Source of the DNA: Mizuhopecten yessoensis
Taxonomy: Eukaryota
Length of the DNA stretch: 64,000 nt
Assembly (NCBI RefSeq): GCF_002113885.1
Contig: NW_018480040.1
Location: 186,001 to 250,000 of the forward strand
Direction of reading: 5' to 3'
The position numbers and the translations under genes are program-made. How positions within the stretch are numbered: the stretch's first letter is position 1; each line of letters begins with the position of its first letter. The notes beneath the pieces are model-generated. The model saw only the letters and a list, made by a program, of their open reading frames with translations. It did no database searches and was not told the origin of the DNA. Below, piece after piece: positions 1 to 13,427 of the stretch.

Positions 1-819
1 GTCTCTGTGGGGTATAACATGTAGATAGATAGATAAAATTGTAATGAGTTAAAGTAAAGGATACAACACTGCATAAGATATAATGGCGAAGTAGATTCCG
101 CACATATTTTTTTCTACTTAGAGTAATCTCCCTTTTACATAGATTATGAAGCAATCAAAAGGATTGCTTATTGTTTATTTCGCAGGGTTTGGCGTCCATA
201 ATTTGGACAGACATCTTGATGTTCGATACATTTGTATGTATATTCCTGAATGGCTCCATTGTTAAAGAGTAGTCTTTGTAATGAAGAGGTTCTTAGATTG
301 ACTCCTGAATTTTTTTTTGTTTTTAATATAATCAAAATTTTGAACAAATATAATTCTGTAAAATGCATTCTAACATGTCATTTTTATGAAAGAATTCTTT
401 GGAAACAGCTTCAACAAACATCTAACAACAGTGCGATAAAGCTATCTGGTTATGGTATAGCTTAACTTGCTGGTCAGTGAGAGATATTATATTTATATAA
501 CAATCTTGGTACGTCCATGGGTTAAATGTTTGATATCTGACAAGGAGAGAGATAGTATATCAAACTACCACAGTGATTACCTTCAGGAACAAAATTCTAT
601 TATTCTATTAGGACAAATAAAGTGTCAACAAATATCTTAAATATGGAAACCAAGTAAACACCAAAACAAGATGGAGGACAGCAAGAACATCTACAACACC
701 AATAAAAAAGCCGACGCCAGATATTCCAAAAGAATACATTCACCCTGCAACACATGCAATTTCAGTCCAATGTCTTTAAAAGCAACTTACCTGTCCAATC
801 AGACACACGACGACAGCCA

Positions 820-942
820 AAGCACAGTACATCTTGCAAAGGTATGGTATGGGAAGGTACGGTTTTCTCTCAACAAGAATGACCTAGGTATATGCTCATG
901 TTATATACTAGTGGACAATGAGGCGCTTAAGGGTCAGTCGAC
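820..942 (+). repeat. Dispersed repeat fragment; inverted copy at 2533-2660
   Basis: ...gacaatgaggcgcttaagggtcagtcg matches the reverse complement of cgattgcccctaaggtgcctcattgtc... Confidence 0.6.
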
Positions 943-2719
943 TTAACAATATTCCTATTATTCAACAAAAGATGCAACTAATGTTACGTTCATGTAAAAT
1001 TCTATATATAATTATCGAATATGTCAATTCAACAAGGTCGGGTTTTTTAAACAAGCAGTCATGTAAGATTTTATCAGTTTTGTTAAACACCTCGCAATGT
1101 AGGGTAAATGTCTAATGAACGTATTCACATATCGCTGAATTGTGTAAGCAACAACATATGTTGGTTCCCGTTAGGAAATAGAAATCGTGACAAGATTGTA
1201 CTGCCCGATTAAATAAAGGTGTGTGCCTGGGTGTACTAACTTTGGACACAGGAGAACTGTGTAACCTCAAATTATAGTCATAGCAAATGTTTTCCCATTT
1301 TTGAGATTATTTAAAAACAATTTCAAATATGAAAAATTTAATTGGCTCGAGTTTTGACCGACATCATGATGAACGAAATTTTTAGAAAACAAATCACAAT
1401 GAAAAAATAACAATATAGGTTCCACTTATGTTTTGAAAATTCTATTGTACCAAAGAGTAATTGTATTCAGTAATATTTCAATTCCTACTCCAGTTGGACT
1501 CAATGCAACTACCAAATGTAGCCTGTTTTATATGGCGATGAATTTGACCAGATTAACATTTTCTGTGCGTATAATTTTGCGAAGGGTGATAACTATTGAC
1601 ATGTTTACGCAAAGAAGATTGCGTTTTCTTTTTATGCATGTCTTGGCTGTGTTGAACTACCAACGTACACTAAATTTGTATGATGGTCGTTCAATGACGG
1701 ATTATTTGTTTTACATTACGTCAATACGTAGACTTGAAGAACACGGGACAAACTATCAGAATGGACTTCAAAAGTTTCAAATATTGAAAAAACATGCAGT
1801 TCATTAAATTTGTTTCATAACCAACTCAATTCATCACCCCTGAAATCGACTAAAAAGCAAGATCCTTAATCCTTAATTGAAATGATACAAAAACAAACAA
1901 TAACGGCAATGAACAAAACACAATTTTAGCAAGAAATGGGTACCTTATTTTAACTCTTTTTAGTACTTAAAAAGGCAACGCTTATAAAACGATATTAGTA
2001 AATAAGAGTTTTACGCACCCGAAATACGAAGTAAGAAAACACTCCTTTAAGGAAAGAGATTGACATGAACGTATTGCCATTTCATTTAATTGGGACTCAT
2101 CATTGGTGCTAATGCACAGCGGATTGGAATTCCATGTCTACGGTGTTATGATTCATATGTTTAAATACATCCGTGAAAAAGTGCCTATAAAGTCCAGAAA
2201 ATTGTTACAAATTCTCATGTTTTGATACAGTTGATAGGTTTTTTTGAGTAAGTAGTTCATATAAACTGCCCAGGAACATACTGAAACTATATGTACAAGG
2301 TTGCGGCCAACATCGAGTACTGATAATGTCGACCAGCAGAGTCAGCGCCGAGGCAAATATTCACCGAAAATACGAAACAAAAGCGTGCCGATTTCAAATT
2401 TCAGCCAGTTTGCACCTGTATGACTTTGTTTACATCAGTACAAAAACAATTGAAGTCATTTTATGCGTTTTGAAATGTACGGATGACGAATGTCTTCACA
2501 ACATTTGACCCTTATTATTAGCGATTTTCAAACGATTGCCCCTAAGGTGCCTCATTGTCTACTGTTATATAACGTGTGCACAGAGCTAGGTCATTCCTGT
2601 TAAGAAAGGACCTTTGCTTCACGTATAACCTCCTCAGCAAGATGAACTGTGCGTTGGTTATCGCCGTGTGCCTGATTGGGCAGGTATGTTTTATTTTTTA
2701 TTTATTTATGTTGTTTTGG

Positions 2720-2900
2720 TTTTGTTTGTGTTTTACGTCCTATTAACAGCTGTGGTCATTTAAGGAAGTACAAGGTATTGGTGAAGGAGGAAAGCTGGAG
2801 TACCCAGAGAAAAACCACCAACCCGGGGACAGTACCTGACGACCGCCCCACTCTTTTAGTAGCAGAATGCCAGACGCCTTAACCACTCGACCACCGCCGC
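2720..2900 (-). mobile_element. tRNA-derived SINE
   Basis: A-box head GGTGGTCGAGTGGTTAAGGCG and tail ttaaatgacc...agctgtt shared with 8120-8300. Confidence 0.65.
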
Positions 2901-3669
2901 TCCCCGCCCCACTCTACCCCTCTCCCTTTTTTTAATTATCACTGCGACCAAAGTTGCATGTGATCAAGGTAATACTTACCTTTCAAGAGTATATGGGATT
3001 GCTTTTATTCTTGATATAGTACAGTTATAGGTATTACTCTCTTCTATTTTGATTTGGAGTCTGTTTAGTTTTCAATGTGTTCTTATGCATTAACCTTAAG
3101 TTTGATTCTTCAGTTATCAAATTTGTTAGTGTCTTGATGTAATTTATCATTCAATGTATATAATTGGAAAATTAATCGATTTTGTTTATATCGACGTGCA
3201 TATTGTTTATTTGTTTTCTCATAATGACATTTATTGGCATAAATTAAAACTTCTACAGAAGTTAAAATACACTTTAAATATATGTTCACAAACGCAAGTA
3301 AAATTGCGTTCCGAATGGCAATGAATTGTACGGTTTTGATGACCTATTGATTTATTTTAAAACCTTATCTATTTCCTATGAACTGATATGATTATTTGCT
3401 ATGACTTTAATATCTCACACAATTAAACTATTTTTGTCATCAACATTTCAATTTGTGTATAATGGAGAGAAAAACACATGTTATTAAACACAATACGGTG
3501 ACAATGCTATAAATTACGATTGGCTGAAATCTTGATAACGGATGATACATGTACGTGTTAGTTGACCAAAACAATGATCACAGTCTTTTGTAAAGGGAGC
3601 TCTTACTGCGTGTCAATGAATGCATTCATTCGTTCACTTTGTATACCTTTTTTTTCTTTCTTTTTTCAG

Positions 3670-6064
3670 ATTTTGGGTATGACTACGATACCGTCACCCA
3701 CACATCATCATCATGCGCACGAATCCAATGAATTCGACTCAGCTATGTTTTATTATGATGCTCATTCGGTTAGTACTCTCGTTGACAAATAGTGATGTTA
3801 TTTAATATCAAAGTTTTATTAATGCACAAACCATGCACGTATTAAACGTGTCGCAACGCTTCAAGACAAAGGAACCTGTTCGTCTTCAAACGTTGCGACA
3901 CGTTTAGAGCGTACATTGATTGTGTATAAAGTAAAACTTTGATATTATGTATTTCCAAAGTGATAAATCTTACTGAAATAATGCTATTAGTATAGAATAT
4001 CGAGGTCAAACGAAGAAGTGGCGTATGTGTATTTATCACATTATACTCCAGGACACACGCAGGCATACACACATAGGGAGATATTAGCCAGGTGGCATAG
4101 GACTAGTTGTTAGCACCTGATAAGGCAGCTCCTGCGACTTCCTTAAAAATGTATTGATCAATGTATATATGCTAATTGTATTAATTGTATATATACATTG
4201 TCTGTACTACAAAGCGCTTTATAGTGGCTTATGTTAGCTAGATAGGGCGCTAAATCAAATGTTGTATATCATTTTTATTATTATTATTATCAATATTGTG
4301 ATGACTGATCGATATTTGTGTGTTTCACTGTTTCCTGTCTGGCGGTATAGGGACCGCGGAACCAAATGATTTTCCATAGACGATAGTGTTAACGTTTACC
4401 ACTGTCCTGGTTAAATGGGGTTATCCACACTGGTTTACCTGACCTCATTTTGAAGAATAGCATCTCACACAACTGTAAAAAAAATATTTCAAAATTCTGC
4501 CAATTTGAACTTTTTTTATATGGGGGCTGCCATCTTGTATTGAATTCGGCACCAAAAATCGAACAAAATTTACAACAAATTACACACTTAATAAACCCAC
4601 CCAGACAAAACCAGACTTGAAAATTTTTTTATTTTTTTTTTATACATATTACATCTATATATATTGCTCAACCCACACATAAAACTTTTGAAACTTCTGC
4701 CACCTTAATATCCAACCAGCAGGCCCCGAGGCATTCACCTTTCTATTAAATCTTCTGCCCAAAAGGGAAAAACCCACAATCTATTTTTGAATTGGTTCCG
4801 TGGTCCCTATATGAGGCTACCAAGTTTAAATAGCATATAAAACAAACTTTACTGAGCTCTTTTGGAAGGGTTCTTGTGTGGTACAGTCGACAGTACACTC
4901 ACATTTCACCAAGACGTCGGGGTATGATTTCCTAATCGGACGTGAACAGGTTTGGGTCACCTGTCAGACAACCTTAGTTTGTGTAATCCGGTTTCCTCAC
5001 ACGTTTAGACCCTTTACGTGCTTTTACCGGGCCAAAAAGAATGATTAACAGAAATAAGCATAATGTGTTTTATAATTGTTGTAAAATAAGTAAAATAACC
5101 ATATAAAGCATATATCACATAATATAGTTATTTCGCCCTTTTACTAGGAAACCACTTCGGAATATCTTGCTAATACATCTGTTCATGTTGTTGGTAGAGT
5201 TTCATGTAAATGATCTAAAACATTTCCGATCAAAATAGCACGCTAAGTAGCATTTTCTACCGTGACAAAACGGTACTATGACGAAATATTCTGCAAAATA
5301 TTCTGCGATTGCTCAATGTCTGTATCAGTCTTATACTAAATATACACTGATTTCTCAACAGCATGAAATGGTTATGAAGCTTGGACAAAACTGTTACATC
5401 GAGAAGCTGAAAACTTCAGTAAGACCGCAGGTACACACACCAGAAGGACTTTTGAGTATGGAGGTAGGTTAAGCCATGTATATTTTCAGTCATCCTCGGT
5501 TACGCTCACTTTCGCTCTCTACACCCCTGGAAATTGAAGGCACGAAGATAGCTGTTTGATTGGTCTTAGGTCTTAGGTAAAAAAAACTAACCAAACGCTA
5601 GGCTGATACCTGTCCTTTGACGATTACAAAGGAGAGACGCCTGACTTCAAAGCCTTTCAATTTTTACCGTTACGTGACCGCGAGATTCTTTTGATGTACA
5701 GCAAAGGATCGAACTAGTCTTCTTGTTTCATCTACAAGATGGCGCTGTGTTAGGCTTTAAGTTTCTATTCGAGGGGTTCAGAGAGCGAATGTGAGCGTAA
5801 CCCCTGGATATCGAGGATGATTATCAGTATTCAGTTACATTTCTTAACAAGTTATCGTTAATCAGGTTTTAATAAATGTACCTATTGTTTTATTTTTAGA
5901 ATAACTTGATGTTTCTCGTAGCCAAGGGTGTCCATAAGCAGATGTCCCATGACGATGTTAACGGTTTAAGCATGCACGTGGAAAGCATGTGCGCAGGTCA
6001 GGACGTGTTCGTCGTGTCAAGACCACATCATCACCACAGTACGACCGTTGGCGTAATTGGTTGA
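3670..6064 (+). CDS. Small His/Met-rich BRICHOS-like protein; exons 3670-3768, 5362-5463, 5900-6064 (5' signal-peptide exon not located)
   Basis: Three phase-0 exons with canonical AG/GT sites join in frame: ILGMTTIPSPTHHHHAHESNEFDSAMFYYDAHS|HEMVMKLGQNCYIEKLKTSVRPQVHTPEGLLSME|NNLMFLVAKG...SMCAGQDVFVVSRPHHHHSTTVGVIG*. AATAAA at 6071. The YD...CY...C spacing resembles BRICHOS (inference). Confidence 0.75.
4346..4811. mobile_element. MITE with ~20-bp TIRs
   Basis: TATAGGGACCGCGGAACCAA ... TTGGTTCCGTGGTCCCTATA. Confidence 0.8.
4872..5096 (+). mobile_element. Degenerate V-domain tRNA SINE
   Basis: Homologous to the 58947-59140 and 59325-59560 copies; contains tccggtttcc and the tail ttataattgttgtaaaataa. 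Confidence 0.65.
5491..5819. mobile_element. MITE (CATCCTCG...CGAGGATG termini); relatives at 24492-24790 and 39460-40005
   Basis: Long imperfect TIRs and a near-perfect 9-bp flanking repeat (attttcagt/attatcagt). Confidence 0.7.
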
Positions 6065-6567
6065 TTGATGAATAAATTAAAAACATGTTATTAAGTTTAT
6101 TTTATATTATCTGTTGTTTTTGTGCACGGAACATAGTAATATAGGTTGGTAAATTGAATTGATATGAAATATTGTATCACTTTTCTTTATATGGATTGAA
6201 CGGCGTTTATCTAATTTTTATACCGGTATGAAAAATACAAAAAGAAAACGCGGTTTTATCCATATATTTACATTTTTACTATAGAACATTTGTTTAATTT
6301 AATTTATTTGTTCTTTAATAATTAATTCATTACTGCGTTCTGTATATGCGTCGTCCTTTAAACGATATTGGCGGAACAGCCCTATTTAAATAAAATTGGC
6401 GCCAAACATTGACCGTAGCCATTTGAGCGTTTGACGTAGAGGCATTCTTATCTACATGTTATCCGAAGCGAAGCGACAAGACTTTCATTAAACAAAGCTA
6501 ATATATGACGTCACGAGAGATTTTGCTTTCATACTCAAATAAAATGCATTTCTGCTGGTAACTTTCA

Positions 6568-6759
6568 TATTCCGTCTTTGCGTATTGCAGAGTTATCTTC
6601 TTTTGAGAGCAGGTATTGATTGTAAGGTCATTTGTTTGTGAGAGTAACGTCATCAATTTTTGAGAGAAAACGACGTAATTTTCTCACACAAACCAATGAC
6701 GTAACAATCAATACCTGCTCCTAAGAGAAGATAACTCTGCAATACGCAAAGACGGAATA
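6568..6759. repeat. ~190-bp palindromic fold-back MITE
   Basis: TATTCCGTCTTTGCGTATTGCAGAGTTATCTTC ... GAAGATAACTCTGCAATACGCAAAGACGGAATA. Confidence 0.8.
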
Positions 6760-7597
6760 GTGGATTGCAGCGCAAATGTAAATATGTCCTGCAGTGTTGT
6801 ATAATCACATTAAGATGATAACAGTACAGTAGGAGCTGAGTATATATGCCCGTTCGTTACCTAACAGATAGACATAAAAACAACTTCTGATATTTTCCGG
6901 TATGTAAACGTGTGAAAAAACCCACTATTTTTTGTACTGTATTGGTCTAAACAATATGTATTACTTAAATTAATTTATAATACAATACAATCACATCAAT
7001 TGAAAGGATCTGACGACAAGATATGAAATCTTATGTTAGGCCATCTCCTTACTGCATTATTCAGTAGAGTATTTCTGGGATGTGATGAAAGAAAAAATAT
7101 AGGATCTTACATAAGTTTCCATTTCATATTAGATTTATGAAACGAGTCTTAGAATTTTTCAATTAAGCGAGCCTCTGGCATATGAGAATACGATATTTCT
7201 GAGGACTTATAACTTACTGGCAGACTTCTCTAATCCTGTAAGTGTTGAAAAAGTTTGAAAAAAATCCAGTCATATTTGACTAGGTTATATATCAAATAGA
7301 ATCAGTATAAATTATTTTGCGCAGATTTTGATTAACTTTGAAGACCGCATTAGCCTTTACATATAAGCTACATTGTAAGAAAGTTTCATTAGCATCCAGC
7401 AAAAGATATTTAAGCAATTTAGCTTGCAGAAACCAAAGTATGGACAGACGGACTCTCCCCTACTCTGGAATATTATTTGCATGCGTCAATGCCACCCGTC
7501 GACAGTTTTGATGGGCTCAAAAATAGATGATATTCTCAAAACTATTTATATGTACACTTCTAATACATCATGAAGAAACTAGAGGTTTCCCAACGAA

Positions 7598-7741
7598 TGA
7601 TGGTTGGTTATCATGCTTATCTAACTCGAGTTAGTTAATTTTCAAATTGTATAGAGACACGAGGTTTACCGAGTACCGAGTGTCTTTTACAATTTGAAAA
7701 TTAACTAACGAGAGTAAGATAAACATGATAATCTACCATCG
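7598..7741. repeat. Long imperfect palindrome
   Basis: gttagttaattttcaaattgta / tacaatttgaaaattaactaac arms around a CCGAGT-A-CCGAGT core. Confidence 0.7.
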
Positions 7742-8119
7742 CGAGTTAGGGGGCCATTTTATCCCATAACGTTCATATTTTATCTGAAAAGCCATATGTT
7801 TCCCTTGAAAATACACTATGTCGGCTTCCGATTGGGGCAAACAATTGCTGTGAATCATGACGTCACAATGGAAGATGACGTCGCAAAGCATTCTTACGTG
7901 ACGTCATAAGTAAAAACAAATTGACCAATGAAATCACGTCCAGTGTGTTACCCAACCAAAATTGTTTACCAACTCCTAGCAGGTTTATCCAATGAATCAG
8001 AAATCAAAGTTCATCAAACGCTCATGCTACACGTCAGTGTTTGCATTAAAACACTCCTTGCAAAAACTAATAAAATAAAATAAAATGAAAAGTTGGAGAA
8101 AATCAATAATGATGTAAAG

Positions 8120-8298
8120 GGTTTGGTTTGAACAGCTATGGTCATTTAAGGACGTGCCAGGTGGTGGTGGTGATGGTGGTGGGTGGTGGTGGTGGTGGAA
8201 GAAAGCCGGAGTTACCGGCCTCGAACCCGCGACCCAGTGATAGATGGCTAGTGGTAGCAGAATTTTGTCAGACGCCTTTTCCACTACGGCCACCGCGA
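8120..8298 (-). mobile_element. tRNA-derived SINE with an internal (CCA)n tract
   Basis: A box GGTGGCCGTAGTGG and B box GGTTCGAGGCC on the minus strand; tail shared with 2720-2900. Confidence 0.65.
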
Positions 8299-10473
8299 TA
8301 TAAAGTGAAATAGAACGTCTAATCACATGTAATGCTGCAGAATCACACTCCTTTTTATTACAGTTAGAGCTATCATATATATTTACGATTTATTTTGTTA
8401 AAATGACTTGAAAAAGTACAAGGAGAATAAGACCAGGTGTTCTAGAAGGTTAAAACTAAATGACGACACCTGCTATGTAAATCTATGTCAAGTCACACCT
8501 CACCTGTTGACAGACATGATAAGCTCATCAATAAATTTAACTTCGTGTGAAAAAATCAATCGGCAAGAAGTCTAATATAATGTATTGTAAAACAAAGCAC
8601 ACAGAAACCATGATTATGTCAACAACATTTTATTTTAAAACATTGTACAAATAAATCATGACGTTAAGTCTATATATGCCATGTACTTAACGCACAGAAC
8701 CAATGCCTTTGTCTGCATACACACTGTCACAACACATAGCGAACAGATCCCGAGACTAAGATGTACATGTAGTACACAGGAAGAAAGACAAATTATCTAC
8801 CGTGAACTTTCATGACCAATGAAGTACATGTGTTATCTTTAAATGTGATTGTGTGACACCTTATTCACAACACACACAAATATACAGACATATGAAAAGT
8901 ACATATATAATGTTATAATAAATTCCATCTAATATATGTTTGATAGGTTTTTTGAGTTTTAAGGGGAGACTACTTCTTGTTAAACTTTCCAAATACGTTA
9001 TTTGTCACAAATTGCACAACTTTGTGTCATAATAATAATTTGCCAAAAAACAAACAATTTATAATATTCATGAATAATTACGATGCAAACTTAAATCTTT
9101 TCTCCGACGTTGCTGTCTTTGCTACACAGTAGCCTCACGTGCAATCTGTATGTGATGCAAGACAGAGAAAATCAAGTGACACCATGTAGGTACTTAATTG
9201 GTGGTTATCATCGGAAGAATAAAGTTTTCCCGCAGGGAAAAGCCTAGATTCAAAATGACATCACAAGTTGTAAATAATGAACTGACGCCATGTCAACAAG
9301 ATGTCACATGATACAATTTTATAATTTCTTTCGTACAAAAGTTCAAATTTACAATTTCTACACTTTGATCTTTTGACCGGTAGAAAACAATTTCTAATCG
9401 TTCCATATTTTCGACGTATTGGCCAACACCTCAAACTTTCCCTTTTTTTACCTAAAAGCATTTCTCAACACAAATTTATCGTTTCCTTCTCACCATTTAC
9501 AGATGACTAGTTCATTTCTAAGGTTAACCCGTGATTGGTTGAAAATTACTCTTACGGACTCCCTTTTTGACCAATCACGTTTGTCTTTTTTTCCCCCTAT
9601 AATGATATATTACACCTTGTCTCCTCTTTATTTAAGTCCTTTCCAAACTTATTTACAAACATAACATGTTATATAAATGCTGTCATGACAATCCAAATTA
9701 ACAGTGTAGGGGAGATAACTCCAATTTAGCATATACATATTTTTTTTAATGATATCTGGTTATGTTTTTGGCAATTAACTACATTCGAACCTCGTTATCT
9801 CGAAGTCGACGGGGTCGTGGAAAATCTTCGAGTTATCCGAGTATTCGAGTTATGCGGGTTCATAAATTTGGTTTGAAATTTGCTGTTTGGACATAGCACT
9901 AGCAGTTGTTTATTTTATTAATGTATTAATCATCTTCCATTGAAAATGAACAACACTTTAACAAATCCGGCTAAGGCCAAACAAATATGTATGTTTCAGG
10001 AACCCCGACTTACCCTAGTTTTTGTCTTCGACCCTTTCCATTTTATCTCACTGATATGCTCTTCGTCCAGTGTTGAGAAAAACATGTCCATCGGATGCAA
10101 ACAAATTTATGAACGAATAAAAAAGGCAACTATATGTATATATATAAACCCTCTTTATCTCATAGGCAGGTATCCAAACAAAATATAAATCCGTTATTAA
10201 AAGATCCATATGTTTAATGTTTTTGTAATTTCTTACATTAGACCCTCGTAAAAATTCAAAATGAATTCAAATTATACCCCACCATCTGCCCTATTTTTTC
10301 CATCATGTTACCTGATACACACACAATTTTGGGTGCATAAATTACGCTCTTGAGATATTTGTGATTGTTTTTAAACAAAACTATTCACAGCAAGGTGTGT
10401 CCAAGGTTGATGTTTGTATTTAGTTCCAACATTATATCACAATGTGGCGGAATGCAGATAATCCAGGCGTGCA

Positions 10474-12557
10474 TCAAAGTTTTGAAACACTCTCTATGGG
10501 CGATTTCTCCTTACTGTAAAGAAAAGAAGCTTGAAAGATTCTGTTGTTTTTCAGGTAAATTGCAAAATAGATTCTTTGCACATGAACAGTGTCTTGCCAA
10601 CTGTACACGTCAAGATTTACATTGGCCGGTGATTCACCAAGAAACGTGACTTCGGTCTCCAGAACCGGAAACCAGCACATGTCGTCTTCATAGTAACGAT
10701 AGTGTCCGTTTAAGGACGCTTCTGAGGCGCAGTCGGTACAGAATCGGTAAAATTCTGCAAAGTGAACATGAAAGTTGCTATCCATGTCACTAGGTCGAGT
10801 GCGGATCAATGTTTTGAAGGCATTGCTTGGTGGGACGATGTCCTCTTGTTTTGTTAACATTGAAGAACTGTCACGTTTACAAAAATTCAAAAACCGTTCT
10901 GTAACCCATACGGGCAGTTTCGAGGGACGCCGGGTTTCCGGATTTACATTTACAATTTTCGCTTCGAGATGCAAAAGTTGTTCCATTGAAGACGGATCTA
11001 ACAGGTCTTGAGCAATAGTGTACGATGTTTCCCCTATCGACGCAAACGAGATGCGATGCAGCAGAACGCCGTCTCGCTCTGAAGCCTTTCGGTGGAGTCT
11101 TGGAGAACAAACGATATTCTCTTGAACAGTAAATCCTCTCATATTTTCCTGTCTGAATCTCCCAGTGAAAAATCCCTTCGATTCTGACTCAACATAATAA
11201 TCGGATAAAACACGGATAATTCCCACAAGTGACAGATGTTCTGGAAAAAAACACACAATTCAATGTTATTTGTTGTTCAGCTGTTGTACTTTAATGTAGC
11301 ATTTCTTTTATTTGTGTCCTTGACAGATTACTTTTAAAGATAAAACGTGAGTGCGGTAATCGCGAAAAAACTCTGTTGCTTCTAAAATGCGACAAAACAT
11401 TTGCCGTTTATTGCTTATTACTGAAGAGCTAATGAATAATATTATACAAAAACAACCTATAACAATTGTGGATAAATTGTATCTACATTTGTAATTAAAT
11501 AATATGTACATGTGCATATCACAAACATATAGATACTTATATAGATAGGATCTTACATGAGTTTCCATTTCATATGAGATTTATGAAACGAGTATAAGAA
11601 TTTTTCAAATTAGCGAGCCTCTGGCGAGCTAAAATGAAAATTTCGTGACGAGTTTCATAAATTTCATATGAAATGAAAACGAGTTTAAGATCATGGTTAT
11701 CACATAATCAAGATTTGTGGCATTTATTCGTGTAAAACAACAATCTTGAAATGTAAAAAGACGGCATTTTGACTCCAGTGGGGAAGTCTATGACGTCATG
11801 TACTTGTCCTAGACGTGACGTCAAATTAAAACAATTGAAACTTTCAACCAATCACAGGGCTGATAGGTCATACTACACGGGTTAATACTCAAAACAGTAT
11901 GACATGGGTATATTCACTGGATAACACAGTACATCATGTGATAAAATGGAACATTACTCCTTACGTATAGAGATTAGTATATTGACTTGGAGCGCGTGAT
12001 TTTTGTTGAAGGACTGGGTGTTTCTAAAAATAGAATTATGACGCGACTCCAAACAAACGCATCGTCCCGCTTTCGCAGAGTTTTGCTGTGATTTATTTCA
12101 GATTGCTAACATTACTTGTTTAGAAAATAATAAAACAATTGTAGCCTTTAACTTCGGTTAATACCTGAATGCAGTTTCTCGGGTTGATAAATCCAGGTAT
12201 CGATCTCAGCCAAAGGCTATACTTGAATATTAATATAAAAGTTATGAATAATATTTTTGTCAATTTTATAATGAAAGAAAATTTTACAATAACAGAAAGG
12301 GATAAATGTGTCCATGATTTATCTTGTTAGAGTTAGTTAAATATCAAAGGTATGTATGTATATTTATTAGTGATATCGTTGCATGGTTATCAGTGATACA
12401 CATAAATGGTCCCAATACTTCACAGAAAAAAGAGATCCGCGAAGGGAAGCTACTGCGTCCAGCTTACGATATCATTACCTGTTCGGTCATGATAGGATGT
12501 AGGTACGCGTGGCACCAACAGGTCAACCTGGTGGTCGGAAACAAACTTTGACTGCAT
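10474..12557 (-). CDS. Double-hotdog acyl-ACP/acyl-CoA thioesterase-like protein, paralog A (281 aa, C-terminal SKL); coding exons 12557-12479 and 11240-10474
   Basis: Exon 1 MQSKFVSDHQVDLLVPRVPTSYHDRT joins by a phase-1 GT-AG intron to (E)HLSLVGIIR. Carries RPSDMDSNFHVHF and FLGES motifs and ends VSKL*. Probable non-coding 5' exon has its donor at 14687. Confidence 0.85.
11545..11945. mobile_element. ~400-bp hairpin-headed repeat element; copies at 7098-7180 (truncated) and 37598-38011
   Basis: Shared start ataggatcttacat, a ~150-bp hairpin with a GCGAGC-CTCTG-GCGAGC core, then TATCACAT...ATGTGATA inverted repeats. Confidence 0.75.
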
Positions 12558-12865
12558 GTTGTTCAATCTGAAATAAATCGAAAATGATTGATTCATTATG
12601 CCAAAGAAGACCGTTCATCCAGATTATAACCGCTGTATGATAGTCTTATAATAATAATAATAATTCGAGGTTCTTATATACCGCTTTATCACAACCTAGT
12701 TCGTAGGTCGTCTCAAAGCAGTTCACAAATTATTACCCGTGGTAATACATTTTGTAACCATTTAGACTGGAAAATTCAAAGGAAGTCACTAAGAGATATC
12801 TGTGATATTTGACATGTAATGAAAAATCATGTGATGATCATATTTGATTTCATAACCAGTTGAGT

Positions 12866-13427
12866 AGATTATGGTGTTATTACACTGTATAGTAGCCTGG
12901 ACATACAAAGGTGTAATTACACTGTATAACAGCCTGAGTACAATATATGATGGTGTAATTACACTGTATAGTAGCCTGGACATACAAAGGTGCAATTACA
13001 CTGTATAACAGCCTAAGTACAATATATGATGGTGTTATTACACTGTATAACAGCCTGTGTACAATATATGATGGTGTTATTACACTGTATAACAGCCTGA
13101 GTGCAATATATGATGGTGTTATTACACTTTATAACAGTCTAAGTATATTATGGTGCTATTACACTGTATAACAGCCGGAGTGTATGGTGGTATCACACTG
13201 TATAGCAGCCTGAGTATATTATGGTATTATTACACTGTATAACAGCCTGAGTTTTTGAGTGTGATATTACACTGTATAACAGCCTGAGTATACGATGGTG
13301 GTATCACACTGTAGAGCAGTCCGAGTACATGATTGTGTTATTACACAGTATTGTAGGCCGAGTATATGGCGGAGTTATTCACTGAATGGCAGCCCGAGTA
13401 TATAATGGTGTTATTATTACACTGTAT
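12866..13427. repeat. Minisatellite, ~38-42-bp unit, about 14 copies
   Basis: Unit gatggtgttattacactgtataacagcctgagt(acaa)tatat. Confidence 0.9.

Noticed and set aside
9779-9862. Complete Tc1/pogo-like MITE
   Set aside because: Only one TIR-like end with TTCGAGTTA repeats is visible; no partner end found.
11965-12023. Extra 59-bp exon in paralog A
   Set aside because: Has AG/GT sites, but inclusion would shift the frame and there is no counterpart in the paralogs.
12866-13427. CRISPR-like array (also 18305-18440 and 35337-35640)
   Set aside because: Units are contiguous degenerate tandem repeats without unique spacers, in a eukaryotic context with no cas genes.
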